In this document: positions 46,101 through 56,556 of the stretch, one piece after another
Numbering within the stretch: position 1 is the stretch's first letter
Layout of the letters: each line of letters starts with the position of its first letter
From: Clostridia bacterium
GTDB taxonomy: Bacteria > Bacillota > Clostridia > Christensenellales > Aristaeellaceae
Assembly (NCBI GenBank): GCA_017464305.1
Contig: JAFUDS010000001.1
Span: forward strand, 153,812-217,811
Direction of reading: 5' to 3'
DNA length: 64,000 nt
Notes under the pieces: generated by a model
The model's database searches: none
What the model saw: the letters and a program-made list of their open reading frames with translations, nothing else
What the model was told of the DNA's origin: nothing
Position numbers and translations under genes: made by a program

Positions 46101-46115
46101 AACTCGCTCCTTGAA

Positions 46116-46715
46116 TTATAATGCGCGCTTGATCGCCGCCAGCAGATCGTCATATTCTTCATACGCCGGCAGCTCAGGATGATCCTTCCGAATCTGCTCC
46201 GTGGAGCGGAAGAGGAAGCCCGCCTTGCTGGCCTGGATCATGCCTAAATCGTTAAAGCTGTCGCCGGCGGCGATGGTCTCAAAGCCTACGGACTGCAGGG
46301 CCTTCACTGTGCTCAGCTTGCTCTTCTCGCAGCGCATGCGGAAGCCCGTCACCTCGCCGCTTTCCGCCACCTCCAGCTCGTTGCAGAACAGGGTGGGCCA
46401 GCCCAGCTTTTTCATCAGCGGGGTGGCAAACTGGGTGAAGGTATCGCTGAGGATCAGTACCTGGGTTTCCGCCCGCAGGGCGTCCAGGAACTCCCGAGCG
46501 CCGGGCATGGGATCGATCTTCGCGATGGTATCCTGAATCTCCTTCAGGCCCAGGCCATGCTCCTTCAAAATCGCCAGGCGAAAATTCATCAATTTATTGT
46601 AATCCGGCTCATCCCGGGTGGTCCGCTTCAATTCCGGAATCCCGGACGCTTCGGAAAAAGCGATCCAGATTTCAGGCACCAAGACGCCCTCCAGATCCAG
46701 ACATACGATGTTCAT
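46116..46715 (-). CDS. thrH: Phosphoserine phosphatase / homoserine phosphotransferase
   Basis: CLDLEGVLVPEIWI, GDSFND HAD motifs. Confidence 0.92.
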   Translation of the reverse strand: MNIVCLDLEGVLVPEIWIAFSEASGIPELKRTTRDEPDYNKLMNFRLAILKEHGLGLKEIQDTIAKIDPMPGAREFLDALRAETQVLILSDTFTQFATPLMKKLGWPTLFCNELEVAESGEVTGFRMRCEKSKLSTVKALQSVGFETIAAGDSFNDLGMIQASKAGFLFRSTEQIRKDHPELPAYEEYDDLLAAIKRAL

Positions 46716-46903
46716 CCGTCTACCTCCCCTTTTCTCCCCTGCCGGGGCAGAAACTTGCGGCTTCAATTATAGTACGTTTCCCATCCCAGGTCAAACGAAA
46801 AAATCAAAAGTACCCTTGTATTCATGGAAAAAAACGAATATAATGATGACATTATTCCCAGCGTACAAAAATCCCGGTCCAGATTGGAAAGGAGCTACTT
46901 AGG

Positions 46904-48952
46904 ATGAACAAGAAAACCATCGCCCTGATCGTTGCCCTCGTGCTGTGCGCCGCGGCCCTCGCTTTCGTGGGCGTTCGGCTGAATCAGGAGAGCGTCGCCC
47001 GGCAGGAAACTGCCAATTTGCTGGAGGACGCGAAGAACGAGAGCGCCCGCCTAACGGAATCTCTCCAGGCCGCCCAGGAAGAAGTTTCCGACCTGAACGC
47101 CAATCTGGAAACCGCGCAACAATCCCTCTCCGAGGTGACGGAGGCGCGGGATGCCGCGCTGACCCAGGCTCAGGGGCTTACGGAAAATCTGGAATCCGTC
47201 CAGAAGAACCTGACGGAAACGTCCAAGGCCAAAGAGGATACCGATGCGCAGAACGTGAAGCTGACCGCGGATCTGGAAGCTGCCCAGGTCTCCCTGACGG
47301 AGACCACCAAGGCCAAGGACGAAGCCCTCGCACAGAACGCAGAGCTGACGGAAACCTTGAGTGCCGCGCAGGAAAGCCTGGCGGAAGCGACAGCCTCTCT
47401 GGAAAGCGCCCTGAAGGAAAGTGCCGAATTAAAGGAAAATCTGAAGGCCTCCGAGGATACCCTGGCCCAGGAGCGAAAGGATAAAGCCCTGGTGGAATCC
47501 CTGAATCTCTCCCTGGCTGAATCCCTGCAAAAGGCGAAGGAAGCCCTCTCCTCCGTCGTGGAGTCCGGCATCAGCGAAGACACGGAATCCGCCCTGAAGG
47601 AAACCCTGGCGGATGTGGAAACCGCTCTCTCCCAGGAAAAGGAAGATCATTCCGAGCTGGCCGAGCAGGTAGCTATCCTCACCGCCTCCCTGAAGGAAGC
47701 GGAAAGCAAGCTGGCCGCCGAAACTGAGGCCCTGGAAAAGGCCCAGGCGGATAATGAGGACCTGGCCGCCAAGCTGGTGGCCGCGGAGGAATCCCTGGGG
47801 ACGGAGATTGCCGCCCAGGCCGCGGAAACCGAGAAAGCCCTGGCCGCAGAGAAAAAGAACAATGAAGCCCTGGCCGCCAATGTGACCACCCTGACAGAAG
47901 AAAATCAGGAGCTGACGGAGAACGTAGCTGCCCTGACGGAAGAAAAAGATGCTTTGACCACGGCCCTGTCTGAAGAAAAGAAGGTCACTGAAACCCTGAC
48001 CGCCAACGTGGCCACCCTGACGGAGGAAAAGACAGCCCTGACGGAGAACGTCAATACGTTGGCCGAGAATGTGGCCGCCCTGACGGAGGAAAAGGCCGCG
48101 TTGACCGAGAACGTAGCCACCCTGACGGAAGAAAAGGCCGCTTTGACTGAGAATGTGGCCGCCCTGACGGAAGAAAAGGCCGCTTTGACCGAGAATGTGG
48201 CCGCCCTGACGGAGGAGAAGACCTCCCTGACCGCTGCCCTGTCGGAGGAGAAGAAAGCCGCCGAAACCCTGACCGCCAACCTGACCGAGGAGCAAGCGAA
48301 GACCACGGATCTCACCTCTCAGGTCACCGCCCTGACGGACAAGACGGAGACGCTGGAACAGGCCGTGACCGACCTGCAGGGCATCGCCGTGCTGGACGCG
48401 CAGCTGCCCCTGGATGATCCGGATCCCGCACTGGCCTCCCGCAGCGAGGATCACGGCCCCTCCGTTACCTGGACCCGTATTCGTTTCGACGAGAATGGTT
48501 ATCCCCAGCTGTGGCTGGAGGTTCGGCACGAGAAGAACATGGCTAACCTGCTGTTCTATCGGGAATATGTGGACGAAAACAACGAGCTGCAGTCGGAGCT
48601 GTACTCCAACTACAACCTGAACGGTCTTAACGACGCGGTTCGTTATCGCACGCTGAACAAGCCCGGCACCTATACCGTCGTGGTGGTGGATAAGGATCTG
48701 GACAAGACCAATTATGGCACCGTAGCTACCTTGGAGGATATCGATGGCAATGGCATCGTCGACACCTTGACCGACGCCAACCAGCAGATCTATCTCCTGG
48801 ATGTTCCCAACGCCTTCTCCACCGTAACGGCGGAGGATGTCGCCGCTGCCGAAGCGGAAGCCGCAGTCGAGAACGAACCTGAGTCTGAAACCGAATCCGA
48901 ATCCGAAGGCCCTAGCGCGAAAGTCGTCGTCGTCACCAAAAATGCCGACTGA
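46904..48952 (+). CDS. Membrane-anchored long coiled-coil protein with 14-aa repeats and a C-terminal globular domain
   Basis: N-terminal TM segment; (ALTENVAALTEEKA)n repeats. Confidence 0.85.
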   Translation: MNKKTIALIVALVLCAAALAFVGVRLNQESVARQETANLLEDAKNESARLTESLQAAQEEVSDLNANLETAQQSLSEVTEARDAALTQAQGLTENLESVQKNLTETSKAKEDTDAQNVKLTADLEAAQVSLTETTKAKDEALAQNAELTETLSAAQESLAEATASLESALKESAELKENLKASEDTLAQERKDKALVESLNLSLAESLQKAKEALSSVVESGISEDTESALKETLADVETALSQEKEDHSELAEQVAILTASLKEAESKLAAETEALEKAQADNEDLAAKLVAAEESLGTEIAAQAAETEKALAAEKKNNEALAANVTTLTEENQELTENVAALTEEKDALTTALSEEKKVTETLTANVATLTEEKTALTENVNTLAENVAALTEEKAALTENVATLTEEKAALTENVAALTEEKAALTENVAALTEEKTSLTAALSEEKKAAETLTANLTEEQAKTTDLTSQVTALTDKTETLEQAVTDLQGIAVLDAQLPLDDPDPALASRSEDHGPSVTWTRIRFDENGYPQLWLEVRHEKNMANLLFYREYVDENNELQSELYSNYNLNGLNDAVRYRTLNKPGTYTVVVVDKDLDKTNYGTVATLEDIDGNGIVDTLTDANQQIYLLDVPNAFSTVTAEDVAAAEAEAAVENEPESETESESEGPSAKVVVVTKNAD

Positions 48953-49406
48953 TCCTTTCCCCTGGGTGAACCCCTGGCGAAGGGAACTGAACCTCCTGCT
49001 CTCTTCCCTCCCCGTCCGGAGAAAGTCGGCGCTTCGAAGGAGCCTGCAACCTGATTTCCTTTTCGCCGTAGACCTGCCTGCCTGCGCGGAAGCCCCGGTT
49101 TGCCAGCAGTTTCTGCTTGCCGCCGCGGCGGTCGGCTGGCAGGGGGCGGAAAGTCAGGGATGGATCAACCTGCGCCGAGAGGACGGTGCCCTGCCGGAAG
49201 GGCTTTTCCCGCTGGATTTGGCAGGGGAAGCCGGCTGCCTGCACTCCCTGATGGATCGCCATCCGGAACTCCGGCCCACCGAGGGCCAGTGGATCGCGAT
49301 AATCAAAGCCAGAGAGGAAGGCCCCGCTGCCTGGGAACAGGCCTGCCGCCTGATTCATCAAGATTGGGCCCGGCGCTTGCGGGAAAAGCCAGCCAATTGT
49401 TCATGA
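48942..49406 (+). CDS. Hypothetical protein
   Basis: Overlaps the upstream stop; host-like codon style. Confidence 0.55.
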   Translation: MPTDPFPWVNPWRRELNLLLSSLPVRRKSALRRSLQPDFLFAVDLPACAEAPVCQQFLLAAAAVGWQGAESQGWINLRREDGALPEGLFPLDLAGEAGCLHSLMDRHPELRPTEGQWIAIIKAREEGPAAWEQACRLIHQDWARRLREKPANCS

Positions 49407-49519
49407 AAGCTCCCCGCGGGGCAGATACGAGAAAGGTCCCTGAAAATCAACTGAGGAAAATAGCTTTCCTGCTGATTGGAAGAAATCAGCGATTCCTTCC
49501 CGGGAGGTTGAACTGAAAG

Positions 49520-50158
49520 ATGTTGATTCAGCACATTGGCCATGCCGAATTCCTGATCACCCTGGAGAGCGGATTCCGAGTGGTGACCGACCCCTACGAC
49601 GCCTCCACCGGCTATCCGGTCCAGAAGATCGAGGCGGACGGGGTGCTGGTGTCCCATCATCATCACGACCATGACGCGGTGGAAAATGTCACGGGCCATC
49701 CCCAGATCATCGATTACGCCGGGCTGCATACCTTCGCCCCGGATGTGAAGGTGACCGGCCTCCTGGCGGACCACGACGACGCGGAGGGCGCCAAGCGGGG
49801 CAAGACGCTGCTGTTCCTGCTGGAGGCGGAAGAGCTGCGGCTCGCCCATTTAGGGGATCTGGGCTGCCTGCTGGACGCGGACCAGCTGGAGGCCCTGGGG
49901 CAGGTGGATATCCTGATGCTCCCCGTGGGCGGCTTCTTCACCATCGACGCCTCCCAGGCCAAGGAAGTGATTGATCAGCTGGATCCCCGGATCGTGATCC
50001 CCATGCATTACAAGACGGAATACAACGCCGATTGGCCCATTGGCCCGGTGGAGGATTTTACGGGGCTGTATGACCCCTCCCAGGTTCGGAAGGGCGGTCA
50101 AGCCCTGCGGGTGACCCGCGGGGACCTGGCCTGCCAACCCCGGATCGTCGTTCTGTAA
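49520..50158 (+). CDS. MBL-fold metallohydrolase
   Basis: SHHHHDH, HLGD, IPMHY. Confidence 0.9.
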   Translation: MLIQHIGHAEFLITLESGFRVVTDPYDASTGYPVQKIEADGVLVSHHHHDHDAVENVTGHPQIIDYAGLHTFAPDVKVTGLLADHDDAEGAKRGKTLLFLLEAEELRLAHLGDLGCLLDADQLEALGQVDILMLPVGGFFTIDASQAKEVIDQLDPRIVIPMHYKTEYNADWPIGPVEDFTGLYDPSQVRKGGQALRVTRGDLACQPRIVVL

Positions 50159-50257
50159 GAAAAATCAATTGTGATTCCCCTGAATGGAAGGGGACGAAGG
50201 CCGGAGGGCTCCTCCGGCCTTCCCCCATGCCAGGGGAGAAAGGAAATTCATCTCGCC

Positions 50258-51184
50258 ATGCCGGATGTAGCACAGCATCACGCCTTTGGGCAGCGGGTCA
50301 AGGCCACTCTGCCGAAGGAGATTCAACAATATCTCGCCGACGTTCCCTACACCTTCGCGCTCTATGGACCGGATCCCTGGTTCATGCATCAACCCTGGAA
50401 GCGTCGCCAGGGGCGGGGGCGCCGCATGCACACCACGAAGACCGGCGCCTTCCTGACCGCCCTGGCGCATCAGGCGAAGGAGGGCGCCGCCCCTCGGGAA
50501 ACCTTCTCCTATCTGGCGGGCTTCCTCTGCCATTACGCCCTGGATTCCACTGCCCATCCCTACATCATTTGGCAGAGCACGGAAACCTGGCCCACCAAGC
50601 GGGCCCATCGGGATCTGGAGCACGCCCTGGACGCGGCCTTGCTGAAGCGAGAGGGGCACTGGGGGGAGCGGCACCCCGTGACGGATTATCACTTTCCCCG
50701 TCTACAACTGCCGAAAGCCATGGCCGGGGATCTGGACGCCGCCTATGGCGCGGTGTACGGTTGGCGAAATGTGCTTCCGGCCCTGAACCGATGCTATCCC
50801 CTGTATCGATGGTTGTTCCGCCAAATGGAGAAACCCCATTCCCTCCTGACGCTGCTGAGCCGCGTCGTTCCCACCCACCGTTTCCGCTCCATCCCCTATG
50901 TCCGCTCTGCTTTTCTGGATCGGGACGTGGAGAATCTTTCCCACCAGCCCTGGCATCAGGCCTACGCCCGGGAGATGACTTCCACGGAGAGCTTCCCGGA
51001 CCTGTTTGAGAAGGCGGTGGAGATGGCGGCGGACCTGATTATCGACAGCTATGCCTTCGCCCTGCAGGGAACCATGACGGAAGCGGAGCTGGCACAGCGC
51101 ATCGGCAACCGTTCCTATTTAAGCGGGCTGGACGTGGAAGATCCCCGCAATATGGCCGTCCGTAGCTTGCGGCCTTCCGACTGA
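50258..51184 (+). CDS. Zinc-dependent phospholipase C-family protein
   Basis: MP...H, GPD, GFLCHYALDSTAHPY, H..E. Confidence 0.8.
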   Translation: MPDVAQHHAFGQRVKATLPKEIQQYLADVPYTFALYGPDPWFMHQPWKRRQGRGRRMHTTKTGAFLTALAHQAKEGAAPRETFSYLAGFLCHYALDSTAHPYIIWQSTETWPTKRAHRDLEHALDAALLKREGHWGERHPVTDYHFPRLQLPKAMAGDLDAAYGAVYGWRNVLPALNRCYPLYRWLFRQMEKPHSLLTLLSRVVPTHRFRSIPYVRSAFLDRDVENLSHQPWHQAYAREMTSTESFPDLFEKAVEMAADLIIDSYAFALQGTMTEAELAQRIGNRSYLSGLDVEDPRNMAVRSLRPSD

Positions 51185-51196
51185 AGAGGATAGAAA

Positions 51197-52543
51197 ATGG
51201 CGACAGATTTTACAAAGGGGAAGATCACCCCGGAGCTGATTAAATTCACCGTGCCCCTGGTGCTGGGCAACCTGTTTCAGCTGCTTTACAACGCGGTGGA
51301 CAGCATGATTGTCGGCCGGTATGTGGGCAAGGAAGCCCTGGCCGCCGTGGGGACCTCCAATCCCCTGATGACCCTGGTGATTCTTTTCATCAATGGCATT
51401 ACCCTGGGGGCGGGCATCCTCATCGGCGCTCATTACGGCGCCAAAGATTATGACACCCTGCGCCGACAGATTTCCACCACCATGCTGGGGGGCCTGGGGT
51501 TCACGGCAGCTGTGTCTCTGGTCTTCGTGATTCTGGCCCAGCCCATCTTCACCCTGATGCAGGTGGACCCCTCCATTCTGGATTTATCCGTCAGCTATAT
51601 GCGGATCATCTTCTGCGGCCTGGTGTTTACCTTCATCTATAACTGTCTGGCCAGCATTCTCCGGGCTCTGGGGGACAGCACCGGCCCCCTGGTGTTCCTG
51701 GTGGTCAGCTCCGTGCTGAACGTGATTGGCGACTTGCTGCTGGTGGTTTGGCTGCGGATGGGCAGCAATGGCGCCGCCATCTCCACCGTGGTCTGCGAGG
51801 CCATCAGCTGCGTGTTGTGCCTGATCTATCTGCAAAAGCGGGTGCCCCTGCTGCGGCTGGGCAAGGGTTGGCTGGTGTTCGACAAGAGCCTGTTCCGGGC
51901 GACGGTGGCCTACGGATGGACCTCCGCCATGCAGCAGGCTACCGTGCAATTGGGCAAGATCTGCATCCAGTCCATCGTCAACACCATGGGGGTCTCCGTC
52001 ATGGCGGCCTTCACCATCGTGAACCGCATGGACGATTTCGCCATGGTGCCCCAGCAGAACATCGGTCATGCCATGACCTCCTTCATGGCCATCAACCGGG
52101 GCGCGAAGAAACCGGACCGGGTCAAGGAAGGGTTCCGCAAGGGCATGGGCATCGAACTGGCCTATGGCCTCCTCATCTTCCTGATCTGCTTCATTTTCGC
52201 CCGGCCCATCGTCGGCCTTTCCACCCAGGATCCCCAGGTGATTGAGCACGGGGTGAAATACCTTCATCTGATCTCCTTCATGTACTTCCTGCCCGCGATC
52301 ACCAACGGGGTTCAGGGCTTCTTCCGGGGCATGGGCGATCTGCGGATTACGCTCATCAGCTCCATGACCAACATGGGCGTCCGGGTAGCCGCGGCCCTGA
52401 TTCTGGTTTTCCTGATGCATCTGGAGATGGAAGCCCTGCCTCTCAGCTATCTGGCGGGATGGATCGGCATGCTGCTGGTGGAATTGCCCCTGCTGCGCCG
52501 AACCCTCTCCTCCGGCGAGATGGCCCTGGGGGATGGCGCGTAA
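51197..52543 (+). CDS. MATE-family efflux transporter
   Basis: GNLFQLLYNAVDSMIVG, LRALGDS; multiple TM segments. Confidence 0.92.
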   Translation: MATDFTKGKITPELIKFTVPLVLGNLFQLLYNAVDSMIVGRYVGKEALAAVGTSNPLMTLVILFINGITLGAGILIGAHYGAKDYDTLRRQISTTMLGGLGFTAAVSLVFVILAQPIFTLMQVDPSILDLSVSYMRIIFCGLVFTFIYNCLASILRALGDSTGPLVFLVVSSVLNVIGDLLLVVWLRMGSNGAAISTVVCEAISCVLCLIYLQKRVPLLRLGKGWLVFDKSLFRATVAYGWTSAMQQATVQLGKICIQSIVNTMGVSVMAAFTIVNRMDDFAMVPQQNIGHAMTSFMAINRGAKKPDRVKEGFRKGMGIELAYGLLIFLICFIFARPIVGLSTQDPQVIEHGVKYLHLISFMYFLPAITNGVQGFFRGMGDLRITLISSMTNMGVRVAAALILVFLMHLEMEALPLSYLAGWIGMLLVELPLLRRTLSSGEMALGDGA

Positions 52544-52682
52544 AACCCCTCGGATACGTTTCTTAAATTTTTCACATTCATTGTTTTTCCCCGCGTTTTG
52601 TGTTATTCTTCCTTTAAAGCGCTCCGGGGCTTTTCTTCCGCGGGCGTCGTTCTCTTTCATATTCTCTTTGCAGGAGGCATCC

Positions 52683-53111
52683 ATGCTTAGCAAAACCATT
52701 CCCTCCACGGTGTCCGCCTTTCTGGCTGCCCATGGCGCGGAACAGCTGGCCGCCGATGGTCTGGAAGATCTGGCTGCCCTGGTTCGCGTGTTCCAGGAGG
52801 CCGCCCCGGCGGCGGATTCCGATCCCCTTTCCCAGGATCACCTGGCCTATCTAACGGCCGTGCTCGACTGTCTGGAGGTGCTCAATGAGCAGCTCTACGA
52901 GCATTACCGCGCCCTGATCGACATCGTTCGCGAAGGCGTATTCCGCGCCCCGCGGGAAAGGCTCTTGGCCTATCCCTCCTGGAATGGGCTGCGGCTAAAG
53001 GCGGTGGCCATGGGCTTCCTCCCGGAAGATCAGTATGGTCAAAATCTGCCCCAGCCCCATCTCGGCCGCTCGGAGGCCTATCTTCGCGTGAAGGAGGGTT
53101 CCCGCAAATGA
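52683..53111 (+). CDS. Hypothetical protein
   Basis: GGAGG RBS; stop overlaps the GH28 start. Confidence 0.65.
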   Translation: MLSKTIPSTVSAFLAAHGAEQLAADGLEDLAALVRVFQEAAPAADSDPLSQDHLAYLTAVLDCLEVLNEQLYEHYRALIDIVREGVFRAPRERLLAYPSWNGLRLKAVAMGFLPEDQYGQNLPQPHLGRSEAYLRVKEGSRK

Positions 53112-54631
53112 AACTGCTTTTTATCTCCCCCCGCAGCGTCACCGTGCTTTTGAACGGCGAGGGGGATTATACCATGCCCTCCCCCGCGGAGCTGACGCTG
53201 AACGGCGTCTCCCTGGGGACGGAGGAGCGGAACGTTGTTTCCCTTTTCGATCTTTATCCGGACACGGATTACACCCTTTCCATGGTTCAGGAGGGGCAGA
53301 CTCAGGAGCTCTCCTTCCATACGGAGAAGGAAAGCGTCACCCTGGATGTGCGCCGCTTCGGCGCCCAGGGAAATGGGCAGACGGATGACACTCCCTGCCT
53401 CCAGGCGGCCATCATGTGCTGCCCCGAGGGCGGCCGCGTGCTGATTCCCGCCGGAACCTATCTCACCGGGCCCCTCTTCCTGAAGAGCCATCTGACCCTG
53501 GAGCTGCAAAAGGGCGCTACCCTTTCCCTCCTGACCAATCAGAACCGCTTCCCCATCCTCCCCGGCGTCACCTTCCCCACCGGCGAAGGCGATGACCTGC
53601 TGTTGGGCTCCTGGGAGGGCAATCCCCTGGATTCCTTCGCCTCCGCCCTGACGGGCATCGGCGTGGAGGATGTGCGGATCATCGGCGAGGGCGTCATCGA
53701 CGGCCGCTCCCAGGAGGGTATCTGGTGGGTCAATCCCAAGGGGAAGTACCGGGCCTATCGGGGCCATCTGCTGTATTTGAAGGGCTGCAAGGATATCACC
53801 GTCCAGGGCATCACCTTCCGCAACAGCCCCGCCTGGAATATCCATCCCCTGTTCAGCGACAATCTGTCCTTCCTGAACATTACGGTGGAAGCCCCCTCCT
53901 ACAGCCCCAACACCGATGGCTTCGACCCCCAGAGCTGCAACGGCGTCCGCATGTTCGGCGCCCTGTTCTCCGTGGGGGATGACTGCATCGCCATCAAGGC
54001 TGGGAAAATCTGGCAGGGGCAGAAGTATCACACCCCCACCCAGAATGTGGAGATCGCCTGGTGCGCCATGCTGGACGGCCACGGCGGCGTGACCATCGGC
54101 AGCGAGTGCGCCGGCGGCGTCCATCGCGTCCGCGTGCATCACTGCTGGATGCGGGGCAACGACCGGGGCCTGCGGGTGAAGACCCGGCGGGGCCGGGGCC
54201 TGAACGCCGTGGTGGACGATATTCGCTTCGAGGATGTACGGATGGAAGGGGTTAAGATGCCCCTGGTGGTCAACTGTATGTATTATTGCGACCCGGATGG
54301 CCACTCCCCCTATGTCCAGAGCCGGGAGCCCCAGCCCCTGGACGAAACCACGCCCACCGTCGGCGCCATCGTCTTTGAGCGGGTGAAGGCCACAGGCTGC
54401 CGCGCCTGCGCCGGATATATTCTGGGCCTGCCGGAGCGGCCGGTTCAGCAGATCGTGGTCCGGGATAGCTTCTTCGAATTCCAGAAGGACGCCATCCCTC
54501 TGGTGCCCGCCATGGCCGATCATGTGCCCGCCATGCACAACCAGGGCATCATCGCCCAGTTTGTGGACGATCTAGAGGTCGTGGATGTGGATATGGAAAA
54601 TATCAACGGCGAAATGGTCCAGCGGCTGTGA
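53108..54631 (+). CDS. GH28 polygalacturonase with N-terminal FN3-like domain
   Basis: NTDG, GDD, GHG and RVK GH28 motifs. Confidence 0.93.
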   Translation: MKLLFISPRSVTVLLNGEGDYTMPSPAELTLNGVSLGTEERNVVSLFDLYPDTDYTLSMVQEGQTQELSFHTEKESVTLDVRRFGAQGNGQTDDTPCLQAAIMCCPEGGRVLIPAGTYLTGPLFLKSHLTLELQKGATLSLLTNQNRFPILPGVTFPTGEGDDLLLGSWEGNPLDSFASALTGIGVEDVRIIGEGVIDGRSQEGIWWVNPKGKYRAYRGHLLYLKGCKDITVQGITFRNSPAWNIHPLFSDNLSFLNITVEAPSYSPNTDGFDPQSCNGVRMFGALFSVGDDCIAIKAGKIWQGQKYHTPTQNVEIAWCAMLDGHGGVTIGSECAGGVHRVRVHHCWMRGNDRGLRVKTRRGRGLNAVVDDIRFEDVRMEGVKMPLVVNCMYYCDPDGHSPYVQSREPQPLDETTPTVGAIVFERVKATGCRACAGYILGLPERPVQQIVVRDSFFEFQKDAIPLVPAMADHVPAMHNQGIIAQFVDDLEVVDVDMENINGEMVQRL

Positions 54632-54742
54632 GCGCTGTAGCTTGAGATAATCACTGTTTCTTCCAGCGAAGGGATATTTTACTCCCCCGCGCATAGGACG
54701 AAACGATGGCCATGAATTAAAATGGAAAGGAAAGTGGAACCC

Positions 54743-55585
54743 ATGGATATTCGTTATTCCGCCAACCAGCGCGATTTTAAGCGCTATACCACCGAGGAAA
54801 CCCGGAAGGAGTTCCTGATCGAAAATCTGTTCCTGCCGGATCAGGTGCAGGCCACCTACAGCCATGTGGACCGCATGGTCACCATCGGCATCATGCCCGT
54901 GAACGAAAAGGTCTCCATCGACAAGGGCATCGATATCTGGAAGAATTTCGGCACGGAGTATTTCCTGGAACGCCGGGAATGCGGCATGTTCAACGTCGGC
55001 GGCGCCGGCAAGGTGTACGTGGATGATCAGGTGTACGCCCTGAATTATAAGGACTGCCTGTACATCACCAAGGGCGCCAAGGCCGTCCATTTTGAGAGCG
55101 ACGATCCCACCCATCCCGCCAAATTCTATCTGGTGTCCGCCCCCGCCCACTGCAGCTATGAAAACCGCCTGATCCGCATCGAGGACGCGGCCAAGCGGCA
55201 TATCGGCGCCCTGGAAACCAGCAATAAGCGGACCATCAACCAGTTCATTCATCCCTCCGTGCTGAAAACCTGTCAGCTGTCCATGGGCATGACCGTGCTG
55301 GAGCCCGGCTCCGTCTGGAACACCATGCCCGCCCATACCCATGAGCGGCGGATGGAGGTGTATTTCTACTTCGAGGTGCCGGAGAACAACGTGGTCTTCC
55401 ACATGATGGGCGAAGGGCAGGAAACCCGCCACATCGTCATGCAGAACGAGCAGGCGGTCATCTCCCCCTCCTGGTCCATCCATTCCGGCGCCGGCACCAG
55501 CAATTATACCTTTATCTGGGCCATGGGTGGAGAAAACCAGGCCTTTGACGACATGGACGAGATTCCGACGACGGAATTGAGATAA
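54743..55585 (+). CDS. kduI: 5-dehydro-4-deoxy-D-glucuronate isomerase
   Basis: YSHVDR, WNTMPAHTHERRMEVY, WSIHSG. Confidence 0.95.
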   Translation: MDIRYSANQRDFKRYTTEETRKEFLIENLFLPDQVQATYSHVDRMVTIGIMPVNEKVSIDKGIDIWKNFGTEYFLERRECGMFNVGGAGKVYVDDQVYALNYKDCLYITKGAKAVHFESDDPTHPAKFYLVSAPAHCSYENRLIRIEDAAKRHIGALETSNKRTINQFIHPSVLKTCQLSMGMTVLEPGSVWNTMPAHTHERRMEVYFYFEVPENNVVFHMMGEGQETRHIVMQNEQAVISPSWSIHSGAGTSNYTFIWAMGGENQAFDDMDEIPTTELR

Positions 55586-55631
55586 TGTTTCTTTTCTAAC
55601 AAACGACATATTTGAAGGAGGTAAAAACACC

Positions 55632-56429
55632 ATGAACATGAAGGACTTCAGCCTGGAAGGCAAGATTGCCTGGATCACCGGCGCTTCCTATGGCATCGGC
55701 TTCGCCATCGCGGAAGCTTACGCCGCCGCCGGCGCTACCATCGTTTTCAACGACATTAACCAGGAGCTGGTGGACAAGGGCATCGCCGCCTATCAGGAAA
55801 AGGGCATCCCCGCCCATGGCTATGTCTGTGACGTCACCAATGAGGAAGCCGTCCAGGCCCTGGTGAAGCAGATCGAGCAGGAAGTCGGCGTCATCGATAT
55901 CCTGGTCAACAACGCCGGCATCATCCGCCGCATCCCCATGATCGAAATGAGCGCCGCGGATTTCCGCAAGGTCATCGATGTGGACCTGAACGCCCCCTTC
56001 ATCTGCGCCAAGGCCGTCATCCCCTCCATGATTGAGAAGGGCCATGGCAAGATCATCAACATCTGCTCCATGATGAGCGAGCTGGGCCGGGAAACCGTGT
56101 CCGCTTACGCCGCCGCCAAGGGCGGACTGAAGATGCTGACCCGGAACATCTGCTCCGAGTATGGCGAGAAGAACATCCAGTGCAACGGCATCGGCCCGGG
56201 CTACATCGCCACGCCCCAGACCGCGCCCCTGCGGGAGCGGCAGCCGGACGGCAGCCGTCATCCCTTCGATCAGTTCATCGTTTCCAAGACCCCCGCGGCC
56301 CGCTGGGGCAACCCGGAGGATCTGCAGGGTCCGGCGGTATTCCTGGCCTCCGATGCCAGCAACTTCGTCAACGGCCACATCCTGTATGTGGATGGTGGTA
56401 TCCTTGCCTACATCGGCAAGCAGCCCTAA
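55632..56429 (+). CDS. SDR oxidoreductase (gluconate 5-dehydrogenase/KduD-like)
   Basis: TGASYGIG, NNAG, YAAAK; follows kduI. Confidence 0.9.
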   Translation: MNMKDFSLEGKIAWITGASYGIGFAIAEAYAAAGATIVFNDINQELVDKGIAAYQEKGIPAHGYVCDVTNEEAVQALVKQIEQEVGVIDILVNNAGIIRRIPMIEMSAADFRKVIDVDLNAPFICAKAVIPSMIEKGHGKIINICSMMSELGRETVSAYAAAKGGLKMLTRNICSEYGEKNIQCNGIGPGYIATPQTAPLRERQPDGSRHPFDQFIVSKTPAARWGNPEDLQGPAVFLASDASNFVNGHILYVDGGILAYIGKQP

Positions 56430-56433
56430 GTTT

Positions 56434-56468
56434 TTTAAATCCCCCTCCCTCCGGGAGGGGGATTTAAA
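56434..56468. terminator. Strong hairpin after the SDR gene
   Basis: TTTAAATCCCCCTCCC/GGGAGGGGGATTTAAA inverted repeat. Confidence 0.6.
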
Positions 56469-56556
56469 TGTAATAGAAATGAAACATCTATCCATCTGTA
56501 CAAACCTGGCCAAAAGATGTATAATCTTGCCCAGCAGTGGATAGATTTGTCCATTT

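Noticed and set aside
46101-46115. T-box leader upstream of trpS
   Set aside because: Only 15 nt separate thrH and trpS
47870-48340. CRISPR-like or non-coding repeat array
   Set aside because: In-frame coding repeats without unique spacers
56476-56548. KdgR-like operator (AAATGAAACA) and ATCTATCCA/TGGATAGAT inverted repeat near a TATAAT
   Set aside because: Only a half-site match and no cognate regulator in the window; too weak to call
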